From the NCBI RefSeq assembly GCF_018977255.1, contig NW_024704743.1, forward strand, positions 95,110,001 through 95,174,000: a DNA stretch of 64,000 bases, read 5' to 3'. The stretch is from Callorhinchus milii. Lineage: Eukaryota. Of this stretch, positions 1-14,025 are shown piece after piece (positions within the stretch are counted from its first letter, which is position 1; every line of letters begins with the position of its first letter). Position numbers and translations under genes: made by a program. The notes beneath the pieces were generated by a model. That model was not told the origin of the DNA. It saw only the letters and a list, made by a program, of their open reading frames with translations, and did not search any database.

Positions 1-31
1 ATCATGTTCATTAAAGCTTCTGCGTCATTCT

Positions 32-580
32 GGCTCAGTTGGTAGCACTCTTGCCTCTGAGTAAAAGTTGTAGGTTTGAGTCCCACATTGGGATTTGAAC
101 TCACAAAGTCTAGGCTGATACTCCAGTGCGTTGCTGGGGGTGTATTGCATTGTTGGAGGTGCCAACCTTTGGGTGAGACATCAAACTAAGGTCTCATCTC
201 CCTCTTCAGGTGGATGTTAAAGATCACTACTTGAAAAGAGAAAGGAGTTTCTCCTGGTGTCCTGGCCAATAATTCCCACAAATAAAATTGGTTATGCCCT
301 TCATGACTGTTTGTGAGACATTGTTGTACGCAAATGAGCTGCCGCATTTGTCTACAACAACAACAAAATTACATTCGTAAAGCGCCTTTCACATTGGGAG
401 GACGTCCCAAGGTGCCGGACAGACAGAGTTATGGACCCGAGCTGGGGGTCGGGGAGGGTGGAGAGCAGGGGGGGAAGCAGGGAATATAAATAAAGTCACT
501 GAACTTCACAGTAAAATCTTGCCCTTTGAGGCGTCCTCCAGTTGTGAGAGGTGCTATATCAAATGCAAGGATTATTATTG
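32..580 (+). mobile_element. older tRNA-headed Deu-domain SINE (SacSINE1/AmnSINE-like), interrupted by an L2 3' tail on the - strand (~353-480)
   Basis: A-box TGGCTCAGTTGG and a B-box-like GTTTGAGTCC; Deu-type core (ggaggtgcc...caggtggatgttaaagatc...ggtgtcctggccaat); L2-like tail ending aaatgcaaggattatt. Confidence 0.75.
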
Positions 581-3051
581 TAGCTTAAAAAAAATCTAGA
601 TTATCCACTTATACCTTGGCATGGTTGTCCTTTTCATCCTCTCATTTGGATGCCTAGGTTTTGCCTCCCTCCTTGTGAGGAATTGTCAGGGTTCCTCTCA
701 ACTCTTCTCTTGGAATTTACATTTGAGAGTAATAACTTTTACCTCTGGCATTGCATTTTAAGAGTACCAGCACATCGAGATACCATTACAAAAACTGTGA
801 TTAATCCAGTTCAATTTTCCTTTTGTCGATAGTGTCTCTCCCTCCCCCGCCCGCTTCTCCCTCAAAATTTGGGAGCAGTTGCTGTGTTTTGAACTGAATT
901 GAGCTCATGTTTGTGAATATCATCAGTCACATTATTTATTAGCAGGATTGGCATCACGTACATGATTGTAGTGCAGTTCACTGAATGGGGTAACTAGTGT
1001 TCCACTTTTACCAAGTTCTTAAAGAGACTTGAAAAATGAATATAGTATTGCACATCAGAGAACGGATGTCATCTGATTTTGGAGTGGTTTAGGTTCTCAA
1101 AAGTAGATCTAGGGTATTGGACAGCAAGAGCAGTAGCTAAAAATTAATTTGTCTGCCATTAGGTTATGCTACTACTTTTCCACTATTGGCTGCTCATAAA
1201 ATAACCTAAGCTTTGAGACCAGTCCCAAGTGTATCTGCTTTATTGGTATTGGAATGTTGCCCCTGGCCTTGCAGACTAATGTTAATTTTGCACCCTAAAT
1301 AATCCCCTAGTGTAGAAAGAAGCTGTTCCTCTCTTAATTCTGAGTTTACTTGCACAAGTGTTGAAAGTTATTTAAAATAAGCCAACGTAGTAAGTTCCCT
1401 TTATCATTTGTACCTATATGGCAAATCTCAGCTAGCATGGGTAAGCCATATGAGAATTTCCATATCCAAAACAAGGCTAACACTAACTGTAGTAGGACAG
1501 TTCTGTGTGTAAACGGTTGGATATTTTGATCTTACATAATCAAATTAAACTGGCCAGTAGTACTTCACTGCTTCATATCTTTCTGACTTTGGCAGTATGA
1601 TTCTGTTAACAGTTTTAGCTCCACTACACTCCAGCTGTTTCAGAGGATCTGAATTCTAGAGGGACTACTTCTTGCTCAAAGTGCTTTCAAATAGACAAAA
1701 TAGGTGTAGAAATTGTTGTGTCTGGAACCCATCTTTTCCTGCTTTGGTGATTTCTTGATATCTGAAACCGAAGACCCTTCAGCACAGCAAGGGTGTGTGT
1801 GTGAATGGCTGTGAGTGCTTGAGCCTTGGATACTTCCAAAGAATTGTAAATTCATGGATACAGAAACTCATCTGGTTCTGGTTCAGTTCTCAGACCAGTC
1901 CAAAGTGCATATTCCTGTGAAGTTCCATGGAGCCACTCTGGCTCTTCCTGTAACACATTATTGGAGCAGCCAAGTGCCTGAGGGAGGTGAAACCCACTTT
2001 CTGTTTTAAAGCAAGAATCCTCAGTATAGGGAAAGTATTGTTTTGTAGCAATTTCTATTGGGAGTACTTTGAAGAGGAAGTTCTTTCTAGATCTTCATTC
2101 CCCGTTAATAAATACAGTATAATGAAAGCAGATGGCAGTTCAGATGGCGAGGTCAACACTTACTAGAGTTTGATGTACAGCTGGAACAATGCATCTGCAG
2201 CTTTCTGTTTCGCAGCATTTCTTGCAATGGAAATTCATAATTATTAGTGCATTGCTAATCTATGCTAAATGTGTTTTTGATATGTGATGTCCCTATCTCT
2301 TGAGACATATTAATTAACCAATTTTGAAAGGGTGATTGGTTTACATGCCTTGCAGCAATTAGTCTTGCTTAGACCAGTTTGATTTTCCAATTGGAGAACT
2401 AGGGCAAATTTTTGTTTGGCTGACCAAATTAAAGTGTTGACTTGTTTGAGCATCTTTTAATTTGAATTGATTTTCCTCCCCTTTTGGCAGTGGGGAGTTT
2501 TATGAGTAGCTGTTTTTGTGTGTTACTGTACTGGTGAACCCAGTCCAAGCTTCAGCAACTGATGAGTCACCTGATTGCAGCTTCCACACTAACACAATTG
2601 AGCCCCGAGCTGCAAGAATGGCCCCTGTTTGTAAAGATATAAAATTAAATTGAATTCAGCTCTTCTTTAATCGGTAGCACTTTACTGAGACCCTATCATT
2701 CTCTAATAGCTGGTTTAAGAGGCCCCTTTGTTCACATTGTTGATTTATAACCAGTACATTTAGGTAATATGAGATCATGCAGTGTTTTTGTTCCAGTGAC
2801 TTTCGTTTGACTCTGAAATATGCGTATGGAAAATGCCCTTTCATTTGTTGGGGATACAGAGGCACTGTCGCTGAATAAATGATCACACTACCCTGAAGTA
2901 TCCATTTCTGAAGGCAGAACAAGGATTGCTGAATCTAAAGTCTCCAGGGCAGCCCTTTCATCTTTGCTTCAATTCTATTAAATTAGAACAATTATTGATT
3001 AAAAATGCAGTAGCAGTTTGTTTCTTCCTTAAACAGTAGTCAAAGATAGAA

Positions 3052-3185
3052 ATAATAATGATAATAATCCTTGCATTTGATATAGTGCCTTATCATGTCT
3101 TCGAGACGTCTTAAAGCGCTTAACAGAATATACTGTAAAGTGAATTGACTGTATTTTGTGGGCAAAACGCAGCAGCCAATTGCTG
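3052..3185 (-). mobile_element. SINE 3' half
   Basis: Reverse complement of the shared SINE tail (ttggctgc...cagtcaattcactttacag...aaatgcaaggattatt). Confidence 0.8.
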
Positions 3186-3284
3186 GGTTTTGGTGTTTTG
3201 AATCGCAGTGTGAAGAGCTATGGATTTTAAATCAGAAATATTTGGTTCAGCTGGTAGCTTTATATACAGCTAGATGGAAGGACA

Positions 3285-3421
3285 ATGCTGTGTGCAATTG
3301 GCTGCCGTGTTTTGCCCCCAAAATACAGTCAATTCACTTCACAATATATTGTGTGAAGAGTTTTAAGACGTCTCAATGACGCAATAAACATTATATCAAA
3401 TGCAAGAATTATTATTATTAA
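3285..3421 (+). mobile_element. SINE 3' half
   Basis: tgctgtgtgcaattggctgccg...aaatgcaagaattattatta, the same family tail. Confidence 0.8.
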
Positions 3422-5624
3422 AACCTAATGAATATATTTTATTTTTATTGCAGGTGTTTAAACATTTCCTCCAGCCAGCCCATCAATGCTCGTTGTCCTC
3501 TTGTTTTTGCCTTCTGCCTGTATTTATTATTGGAGGCAGGAGATCTGACAGTGCCTAAATTGTACTTAAATCATTTTACACATTTGTATTTCAAATATAT
3601 TTGTATTTCCTGCAAGCTATGGATGTTAACCCTTGTTTTCATATTTTGCTACCTAAAATTACGATAACAATGTAGCACCCTTCATGTGGCATAACATTGG
3701 CAGGATTTGACACCAAGCAAGTGAGAAAGGGAGGAGGTAACCTTAGGCATGGTCGAAGAGATAGGTTTTCAGGAGGGATTTAAAAATAAAGAGGAGGTTA
3801 TATGGAATGATTGAGGCAGGAATTTGGGGATTTGGGGGTTAGAACTAGAGAGTGGTGTGGAGGGGTTGGCGGATGTAGCAGGCCTGTGTTAGCTGAGCGA
3901 AGGAGGCAGCCAGAAGAGTGGAGTATGAGCAGGTCAGGAAGGTTGCGAGGGAGGTGTTAGGGAGTGAAGGAATTTGTATGTGAGGGTTAAGACTTTGAAG
4001 TCAATCAATTTGTCGAGGATTATGGTTTTGAGTGCAAAGTTTGGTACGGGTAAGGATACGGATAGCAAGGTTATGTATTCGCTGGACCTTGTGGATGGTG
4101 AGACTAGTGAAGAGTACATTTGAAGTGATAGTAAAAGTGCTATTCAACCTTGCTTTCATGGGAGTATCAATGTCATACTATTCTTCTATGACCAAAGACC
4201 ATTTTACAATTGCTTGAATCGATCTCTGCCTGTGACATTTCCTGGAATAAGCTTTTAACATTCCAAACAGGTGGCCTTTTATGGAGCTCAGAGGTCTGCA
4301 CTGATGTTGCCCGTGGTGTCAAGAATGACCTGACGTATAGGAATACCAATTGATCTGGGATATATTGTGGCTAATTTTTTTTGTCTCTGATGCAATGATT
4401 TCATCTGCAGTTAGTGAAAAGCAGTAGAGTTACTGCTGAAGTCTGCATTGTACGATAAAATCAATTTGAACATGAAAGAACTTATAAGCACCAGGGACAA
4501 ATGTCTGCTAATTAGTTTCTATACTGGTTCATAATGTTTTGATGTAGAAAAATCTACATTTTATTTAAGTGACATTGTCATTTTAAAACAAATATTGGTG
4601 CTGACCACATTGAAATGTTTTCTAAAACATTTAAGAATCAAATTAACTGATACAAAAACCTGTTTTCTTTCAAAAGTCTATTTAGTTTGCAGATAGGTCC
4701 TTACTGACAAAATGGAGAAAACAAATTAGGTTTTATGCTTGTACATCTAATTGCAACTATGATACAGTTGTGGATACAAATATACATTTCCTGCATTATG
4801 TATCATTGTGAGATTGAATCCATTCTGATGACTTTTGATTTGAGAACCGTGATTTTCTAACCCAGACTTTCAGCTGTGGCTATCGAATGTGAGAGGGTTG
4901 CTATTCATTGTGCTGCTAGACTATTAGCAGCAAATAAGGTATATTTGAAAGGGATCGTTTACATTGTGTACATGTCATCAGCTAAATATTTTAGTTTAAA
5001 TTCTTTGGTGTCAATGCATCTCTTTTTTAGAAGTGCTTTCAGATATGAGGCTAGGCTGGTTCTGTTTACGTTCTACAAAGTGATTCTTCCCGGGCAGCTG
5101 GACGCCAGAATAGAATCTGTATTCAGGGTGGGAGAAGATAGGTAGGAGATTTTGAGACTAATTTGAGATTCACGAATAATGTTAGCGTTGCAGGCAAACA
5201 CACACCATAAGGTTACAAGAACCTTCTCTTCTCAGAGTCCTCGCGATACATTGGCTTCACAACAATTTGCACTTGTATATCATTTTTCAGGTAGGGCGAA
5301 TTTCTCAAAGTACTTTACAAAGGGGGAGGATTAGGGGAGGGAGATGAAAGGAGGTGGTTTTCAATACCCTTTACGCGGGTAATACCCTTGAAAGCAGAGA
5401 AGGAGGGAGGGAGGTGGTGTGATTTCAAGAGGACAAGGCAAAGTGACTGAAAACTTTCCCACTAATGTGGGATGATGCAGTTGGGGTGATACAGGCATGG
5501 ACATGAAACAGAGTGGAGTTGGCAGAGCAGAGGGCGTGTCCAGGAGAGTAGAGTTGCAGGAAGGATGGTGAGGCATTCTTCACCTCACTGAACCAGTATG
5601 GAACCTAGGTTTCTTGTTTGACCT

Positions 5625-6110
5625 TCAACTGTCTTAAACCCTACATATGTGCCAGGATCTGCTCTGCCTTTCCCCATCTCTGCAACATCGCCCCCCTCTG
5701 CCACCACCTCTCCCCTCAGGCTGCTGAGACTCTCATCCTTGCTTTCATTGCCTCGAGGCTTGACTATGCTAACTTCCTGCTCCCTGGACTTCAAAGCTCT
5801 TCCCTCCGCAAGCTGAAGAATATTCAGTACTCTGCAGCTCATGTCCTCTCCTGCACCGAGCTCTGTGACCCCATCAAACCCCATCCTCCCCGGCTTCACT
5901 GTCTCCCCATCCCCCAGAGGATCAAGTTCAAGATCATCGCACTCACTTTTAAAACCCTCCACGATCTCGCTCCTCCCTAGTTCTGTGACCTCTCCACTAG
6001 GTGGGCACTGGCCTGCTTCATGTCTCCACCTTGACCTTCCAACATCGGCAGTCTTTAGCCTTTCTGCCCCCACCCTCTGAATTCTATCCAGGAGCCCCTC
6101 CACCTCGCCT
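5625..6110 (+). mobile_element. L2 LINE ORF2 C-terminal fragment
   Basis: Translates to AETLILAFIASRLDYANFLLPGL...LHCLPIPQRIKFKI, the typical L2/CR1-clade C-terminus. Confidence 0.85.
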
Positions 6111-7964
6111 ATTAGAAACTTGAACCATCTGGGCACCAGAAAGTTGTTATCGGAGTGTAAATTAATCACCGGTAGTCGAATAAGAGATAGAGAATATATT
6201 TTGAACGTTGTAGCTGTTTGGGGAATTAGATTATAACTTTCAGGCCTTGTATTCAGTTGGGATGTTTCTAGTTGAGCTGTAATCTCAGTGTCGACCTTTA
6301 CCCAGGGACAACTGAAGGAACCTAATTTCAGCTGTAAAATCTGAAGGGCAATAAAGCTAATTAGAGCTGGAGACTTATTTATTTAGTTTTATTACCTCAG
6401 TATTATCAGTGGTTCAAAACTATAAAACTGGATTGAGTATGTAGTTAAACAGAGAGGAGGGCATTTATAACCTGAGAAGATTCAGGTGTATGATCTTGAA
6501 TATTAAAATGAGAAGCAGAAAGGAAGTGCAGACTGAAAGATTCTAGTTTAAGTTTAATGTAGCCAACATGCATCCCAACCATTTTAATGATTTGAAGAAA
6601 GTAAAAGTAAATGAACGTACAAATGTGTTGGGTACCTGCTTCATCTACTTGTGTGTTGTCATAGTAGGAGTAACATTTTATCATAAATCAGTAATATATA
6701 AAGTTGCTTATTTGGCTGATCTTAACAATAGTAAAATCAAGTCTAGATGTAAAACTTTATTTCTAAACAACAACGTTTGTTACCATGTGCTGTGTGAGGA
6801 CTGCCCATAATTTGAGGATTGCTTTTCTTTATTTACTGAAGTAACAGTACATCTAGCTTGTGCTATATGTTCAGTATTTGTGTCCTCTTGTTAATGTGAT
6901 CTAAATTCACTAATTTGTGACGGAATTAAAATAATATGACTACTGTTGGTCTGTTCTGGTATGCAATGTTATTGAGTTCCTTTAATGTATCCAATAATGT
7001 ATCCTTTGGAACTTGTAACTTATCTTTACCATTTCCTTAAGGCTGCATGACTGGGAACATGGATAGAGATACAAATTATGTGCTTTTGAGTTTGAGGTTT
7101 TATGATGAATGTTCCTGTCAAAGATGTATTTAATGTTTATTATTCTGCAGTTTTGTTCAGTTTCCTTAAGGAGTAAATGATGAGACAGTTAGGGGAACTT
7201 GGATTAGAGTCCACAGCAATCCAATCTGAAGTTTTATTGATCCCTACTGCATACTGTAAGAGGCAAAGATCCAGTTCCATTTAGAGTTTGTAAAGACTTT
7301 CTGATCAAACTCTGGTAAATATCATTTATCAAATCACTGACTTGTGAAGTTGTAGTAAATGTTAAGTGTGCTTTTGCACTACTCTATTAGACCACCAACC
7401 ACTGCAACATATCCTGTGAAGTGCTTTAGGGTGTCTTCCCAACATGAAAGCCACTATCCCAAATGCAAGATTATCATTATTATCAATAGATTGTTGAGAT
7501 TCTATAACCATTCTTCAGTGTGAAGTCGTGAACAGTCAACACCTCCATATTAAATTTTAAAAAAATGTTGAATAGGTTTAAATTTGTATTTTATGGTGTA
7601 CAGGAATTGACTGTGATAATATGAGACAACATGAGCATTATTTCTGGCATATAGAAGGTACAGTAAACCTTCACCTTACTAGACTCCTGGTATCCGGAAT
7701 TCGAATGCAGACGGGGTTCAAAACTGATTTTTTTTTAAAAAACAAAATGCTGGCCCATGGATTCGAGTCTCCCAACTCTCTTCGTGTGTGCCAATTTTGA
7801 CTCTGATTGTTTGAATCCCCGGAGCAGAAGATAGCTTATTTGCTAGCTTCTGCTAGCAGAATTAAAAACAATTAGCCGGAAATTCCGGTTTCCACACCAT
7901 CCCAGTTGTCCTGCAGCGGGACTTTAAGTATACAAAAGCAAATATCCTTCCATTATTTTGTGCA

Positions 7965-8310
7965 TATCATAGATTCATTGAATTATATAACACAGAAGAA
8001 GGCCATTCGGCCCATCGTGTCTGTGCAGGCTCTTTGAGAAGAGCTATCCAAATCAATCACACTCCCACACTCTCTCCCCATAGCCCTGCAAGCTTGTTCT
8101 CCCCAAATAATTACCTAGTTCTCTCTTAAAAGTTGTTATCGAATCGGTTTCCACCACCTTTTTAGGCAATGCATTCCAGATCCGAACAACTTGCTGTGTG
8201 AAAAAAATTCTCCTCATCTCCCCTCTGTTTCCTTTAACAGCTATTTTAAATCTGTGTCCTTGGGTTACCAACCCACCCGCCAGCGGAAGTCATTTCTTCT
8301 TGTTCATCCT
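7965..8310 (-). mobile_element. CR1-type LINE 3' end
   Basis: ORF 8053..8271 GHRFKI...RRIFFTQQVVRIWNALP...FKRELG is a CR1 ORF2 C-terminus; CR1-like 3' UTR (gatgggccgaatggcct). Confidence 0.85.
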
Positions 8311-10288
8311 ATGTTGATCTTAAAATTACTTCTCTGGCGAAGAATACATTAATCAAAGCTCTATAATTCAAAAACTACCAAACCTTGCTGCTCACCACTT
8401 ACACTCATTTTTTTCTAGTAATGTGATTCTTTCAAAGAGAGAGAGGGACTCCCTTTAGCCCACACTGGTAGCCAGATAGATGGTTGTATTACATCCAGAT
8501 CTTCATCAGGTAAGATATAATAATAATAGACTGGGTGAGTTCAAGGATCCGATGTGGGGGCTTGAACCCACAACCTTTGACTCGGAGGTGAGAATGCTAC
8601 CAACTGAGCCAGGCTAACACTTTAAATCAGACCGCCAGGAGCTATATGAAATTAGCTGCAAGCTTCCATTTCTTCTTTCTGCCTCAGTGACAGGTTAGGT
8701 AAGTGTGTTTCCAGTGAGTGAGTATGTGCGAAGTACACTTGGGGCTGAATCCTGATGTAGGAAGTTGGGCTCAACTCTGCTGTACAACCTGATTGTTTCA
8801 ACTTCATTCTTTAAGTCCACTATGGTCTTATGGTATTAGATTGAAACTGAAGCTAATGCAGTATGATTTTGGGTGGGAGAAGAGATTTGTTTCCCCCACC
8901 TCTTTTAGTTTGTAAGCCACATCCATCATATCTTATACTTTCTCACCCTGCCCCCCAAAAAAAAAACACCTAGGGCTGCTTCTTAGTTGCTGGTTAATGG
9001 AGAACTGAAGATGTGAGCTTGTGATGACTGTTGCACAATTCGCTTGTTAATCTTAGCAAGCACCTAATCATTGTCAGGCAAATACTGGTCTGCTTCATGT
9101 CTTCTCTTCTCCATCATCCATCCCACCATGAGCAGGCAGACTTTCTGACCCAATTTTCAGGAACTCCATCTTGAAGTCCTTCTGATTCCCTCCCTCCCTT
9201 TTTCAAGGCACGTCTCAAAATGTAGCTGTTTGACCCACTTTCAGTTAGTCTTCTTTCCCCTCCCCACCCCTGGTTCCCAGCCACATCCAGCAATGTGAAA
9301 GCTTTTGAGATATTCTGCTGAAGTGCAAAGTGTTATATAAATGTAAATTGTTTGATGTCATGCAATCCAATGTTCATTTAATTCCTTGTCCTTAGAGTAA
9401 TCCAGAGAATAGTCATGTGAATGGCTGGGTTCTGAATTCATCTTTGCTGTTAGAATAATGAAGTGAGTGAGAATGAACAGTCAGATCCACTATACCAATA
9501 AAGATATTGGGAACATTTTCAGTAGCATGTTTTGCAGGTGATTATCAGAAGTAAAATGAGCATAATACCGTATGTTAGACTTTGGATTTCAGACTTGGAA
9601 GGGTGATTATTGTGAACTGTTAGATGTGTGAGTTACAACAACCTGAGTGATGACTACTCCAAACTTCTGTTCTGAATCAAATTACAATATCAGGAATTTA
9701 ACCCCTTAAAGTTTGAATTAAGCATTAAATTAGATTTTGTTTCGCCACAAGATATACAGTCAATTCACTTTACAGTATATTCTGTGAAGCACTTTGAGAT
9801 GTCTCAAAGACATGATATCAAATGCAAGGATGATTATTATTAATACTGTTTCTGTTAATGGAAAGATTTAATATTTCACACTGTAGAAGAAAAGGAAAAG
9901 TGTTTTATCCCTGGACGTGGTATTGCTTGTGACTATAGTATTAATATGTTCTGAATGTGCTGGTGGTGAACACAAATACTGCAACAACTTTTTAAAAATA
10001 AATTGTGCTGTCCATTTTAGCTTTGTTCTTTATATAGTCTTAACTGGTCTGCTGCCTCTTCATTTGACAGTTGGACATGTGGCTGATCTCTCTGACTACT
10101 AGAATAAATTACGATTCTGCTTTATTGCAGTAATCCTTCAGTGAAGCTTCTTACCAAATACAAGGAGATGCATTGTGTTACCAGATTTGCTTCAAACTCT
10201 GGAACAAAGCCACAGTTGTCTTCTCTTTATTTTTGAAGTAGAACTAGATCTGAAGTTATAATCAGGACATTTCTTATCCAAAGTAAAT

Positions 10289-11550
10289 ACAACAACAACA
10301 ACTACAAAATTACATTTATAGAGTGCCTTTCACGTCGGGAGGATGTCCCAAAGCGCTGAACAGTCAGGTATCGGGGCCTGAGCATGGGGGAGGGATGGTG
10401 TAGGGGTGAGGGAAGGCAGAGAGGTGGGAGGGAGACCAAAAGCACGGTCAAAGAGAAGGGTCTTGAGACTGACCTTGAAGAAGGCAAGGGAGGAAGCGAG
10501 GTGAAGGGACCGTGGGATGGAGTTCCAGAGTGTGGGGGCAGAGAGGCTGAAAGCCCGGCCACTGATGGTAGGGCGGTCGGGTGGGAGACATGGAGCAGGC
10601 CGGAGCCCGCTGAACGGAGGGAGCGGGCAGGTTGTTAGGGAGTCAGCAGGTCAGAGAGGTAGGAGGAGGCAAGGCCATGGATGGCCTTAAAGTTGAGGAC
10701 AAGGATCTTGAACTCGGTCCTCTGGGGAATGGGGAGCCAGTGGAGTTGGGCGAGGGTGGGTGTGATGGGGTCGCGGAGCCTGGTGCATGAGAATACATGA
10801 GCTGCAGAGTTTTGGATGTTAATAATAATCCTTGCATTTGATATAGCGCTTTTCACGTCTTCTAGACGTCTCAAAGCGCTTCACAGAATATGCTGTAAAG
10901 TGAATTGACTGTATATTTGTGGGCGAAACGCGGCAGCCAATTGCGCACAGCAGTGTCCCACAAACAGTGGTGGATTGAAAATGACCAATTTATTATTGTT
11001 TTGTCTTGGAGGGATTATTATTAGGTGTGTGGAGTAAGGGAACCTGCCCAAGGTTTCGCCCTACCTGGAATTGAACCCAGGTGTCTTGCTTGCAAGGCAA
11101 GTGCTCTAACCACTGAGCTACAGGACTCCACTGATCTGCAGCTTATGTAGGGAAGAGTTGGGAAGGCCGATGAGGAGGGAGTTCCTGTAATCGAGCCTTG
11201 ATGTGACGAATGCATGGGTGAGGGTTTCGGCAGCCTGAGGGGTGAGGCAGTGGCGCAGTCTAGCGATGTTGTGGAGGTGGTTTTAGGCAGTGCCGGTCAT
11301 GGCACGGATGTGGGGGAGAAAGGACAGGTCAAACAAGATACCCAGGCTCCTAACTGGCTTAGTGAGGTTGAGTGTGCAGCCATGGAGGCTAATGCTGCCA
11401 GCGTCTGAAGTGCCAATCAGGAGGGCCTCGGTCTTGCTGACATTGAGTTGGAGAAAGTTGGCCCTCATCCAGGACTTAATGTCGGACAGGCAGTCGGTCA
11501 GGACGCCAGTAGTCCTGGAATTCAGGGTGGAGGCAGAGAGGTAGAGTTGA
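10289..11550 (-). mobile_element. L2 LINE 3' fragment with nested SINE
   Basis: (TTG)n tail and stem-loop at ~10289-10360; L2 C-terminal peptides (LHWLPIPQRTEFKIL; VLTDCLSDIKSWMRANFLQLN). Confidence 0.9.
10821..11131 (-). mobile_element. full-length young tRNA-derived SINE (Deu-type core, L2-type tail)
   Basis: Head gtggagtcctgtagctcagtggttagagcac...gttcaattcc with A/B boxes, core tgtgcgcaattggctgccgcg, and (ATT)n tail; inserted into an L2. Confidence 0.92.
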
Positions 11551-12484
11551 AATACTTAATGGAATCCATAGATATTTCTCATATTGTATATAGTCTTAAA
11601 GACTTGCAAATATAACTAGAACACCTCTGCATTCATATTTGTTTGAACAATCAGATTTAGGTTTAGAACAGTATTGTTTGTTTACCAATTCCATTATTTT
11701 CTTTGCATTCTAGAGATTTTATTCATTTCGGTCAGAACTCTAAAAGTGTATTAATGTTTGACTGAATTCAGTTTTTTTTATGCATAGTAAATGATGCTCA
11801 TTGCTTTTTTTGTATCATTATTCCATGCAGATCTTTCTGGGCTTCTGTGTATAATGGCCTAATCTTGTACGTAATATTGTATGATTCGTGTTGTGGTTTC
11901 TAGCATTTGTGCCTCGCTTCTTGCCAACTCTTTCACTATATAATAAGCACAATGAAGCTTCCAGCTCATTGTCTATTTGGAGTATACATGCCACTCCGTT
12001 TATCCATAGGCATGTCTGATGACAAGTGATGATGTGGGTACGTGTGCAGCAGAGTTCTGAATCAGTATGACTTTATGAATGGTGTAGCGAGGGAGACTGG
12101 CGAGGAGTTTAATCACTTGTTGGTTAAATATATTTTGACTGTTTTGTACATACTGTACATTAAGTGCTTTGCTACACTGCCAGGGCGGTTTGGCCACTAT
12201 GTAGTATGCGGATGGTTAGCCTTGTCTCCTCTCACGAGAGATGAGCACTTGTATCTGACATGCACTGTCTTGTTCCAGAAGTGATGTCAGCAAAGATCTG
12301 GTGACATGAAAGTTGGACCAGGAGTCGTTTGTTTTCCTGGGTCGGTTATGGCACAGTGTCTAATTTTGCCAAAACACAGCAGTATAACCGGGTCACCCTG
12401 TATAAATTGATATCAGTGGAAATGACTATTTAAAATTGTAACAAAATTGAAGGTGGGCACGGAGCAGGTATGTTCGGACATCAT

Positions 12485-12690
12485 AATAATATAATAATAA
12501 TCCTTGCACTTGATGTAGCGCCTTATCAGGTCTTCGAGACGTCTCAAAGCACTTCACAGTACATACTGTAAAGTGAATTGAAGTGAATACAGTTTATTTT
12601 GTGGGTCAAACGCGGCAGCCGATTGCCCACAACAGTGTCCCGCAAACAGGCATGGATTGAGTGACCAATTCATTATTTTATTATTATGAC
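12485..12690 (-). mobile_element. SINE 3' part
   Basis: Same core and tail as the other copies, more diverged. Confidence 0.75.
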
Positions 12691-13469
12691 ATGAGTGCGA
12701 AAAAACACGATCTTTGCATGACTGAGATTGCTGGCTTGATTAAAAATCATTGGCATTGATGTCTTATCAGTGGTTTGTGGTTTTGGGAACCTTTAGTACT
12801 ATTTCCTGTAGTGGGTACTTTTAGTATAAAGGTTGTGCACTATAAAGGACTAGATTACTTCTGTGAATTCAGAGTGAGTGTTGTATCATCAGTTAAACCA
12901 GGCATTCTGTGGTATGAAGCATTTTTATGTAATTGCTTGCAAACCTTTGTTCCTGACAGAGATATTGAGTTAGGACCATGGGCTGTTCGGTTTAATCTTG
13001 GCCATGTGAATTTCTTTTCAAATTAGTAATGGTACACATGTGAGATACTCCAATGCAAGAGCATTTTTTCAGATTGAGTCTGCAGACAATTACTCTACAA
13101 ACAGCGGCAATAGTTAGACTAAACTGCCAGCTTTAAATAGTACTGTAGCACTTGAAATATCAGCATACTCTGTAGTTCTGAGTAGTGGCAAAACTATTTC
13201 TTCGTTCCAACCAATACAGTAAATGCTGTTGATGTTTTTGATGAAAGCAAAGCATTCCTATATTTTAGAACAGTGCTGACAAATGACTCTATAGTATGTT
13301 ATTCAAAAACTAGACACTTTCAGCATAGGAGGAAGCCATTTGGCCCTCCGTATCTGCGCTTCTGCAGGCTGTGCTTCTGGTAAATCATCCAATTTTCAGC
13401 TTTTTGTCCTTTCATAAGAGTACTATCAAAAGGTTGGCAGAATGAGATTCTCGCATTTTCGGTTTCCAA

Positions 13470-14025
13470 AAATAACAACAACAACAAAATTAACATTTGT
13501 ATAGCACCTTTCACATCGGGAGGACGTTCCAAGGCACTGGGTCAATGTTTCGGACCCGAGCTGGGGTTCGGGATCGGGGAGGGTGGAGGGCAGGGGGAGA
13601 AGGAAGGTGATCAAAGAGGGGGTTCTTGAGATGGGTCTTGAAAGTGCAAGGGAGGGTGCAAGGTGGAGGGACTGCAGGATGGAGTTCCAGAGAGTAGAGG
13701 CTGAAGGCTTGCCCGCCAATGATGGGGCTTGCGAGGTGGAGGATGTGAAGCAGGCTGGAGCTTGCTGAGCAGAGGGAGTGGACAGGTTGGTAGGGGGTTA
13801 GGAGATCACAGAGGTAGTGGGGAGCAGACCATGGAGAGCTTTGAAGGTCGGGACCAGCATCTTGAATTGTATCCTCTGTGTGATGAGAAGCCAGTGGAGT
13901 CGGGCGAGGATAGGGCTGATAGGGTCACGGAGCCTGGTGCGGGAGAGGATATGGGCTGCAGAGTTCTGGATGATCTGCAGCCTACAGAGGGAGGAGTTGG
14001 GGAGGCCGACAAGCAAGGAGTTTAC
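13470..14025 (-). mobile_element. L2 LINE 3' fragment
   Basis: (TTG)n tail; peptide LQIIQNSAAHILSRTRLRDPISPILARLHWLLITQRIQFK. Confidence 0.9.

Noticed and set aside
7659..7930. Possible Tigger/mariner-like MITE starting TACAGTAAACC
   Set aside because: The right-hand TIR is too degenerate to support by eye.
12042..12284. ORF containing GHYVVCG as a possible GAREM1 exon 2
   Set aside because: The surrounding residues do not match the expected HSCRQWTTITAHSLEEGHYVIGPKIEIPVHY; exons 1-2 appear to lie upstream of the window.
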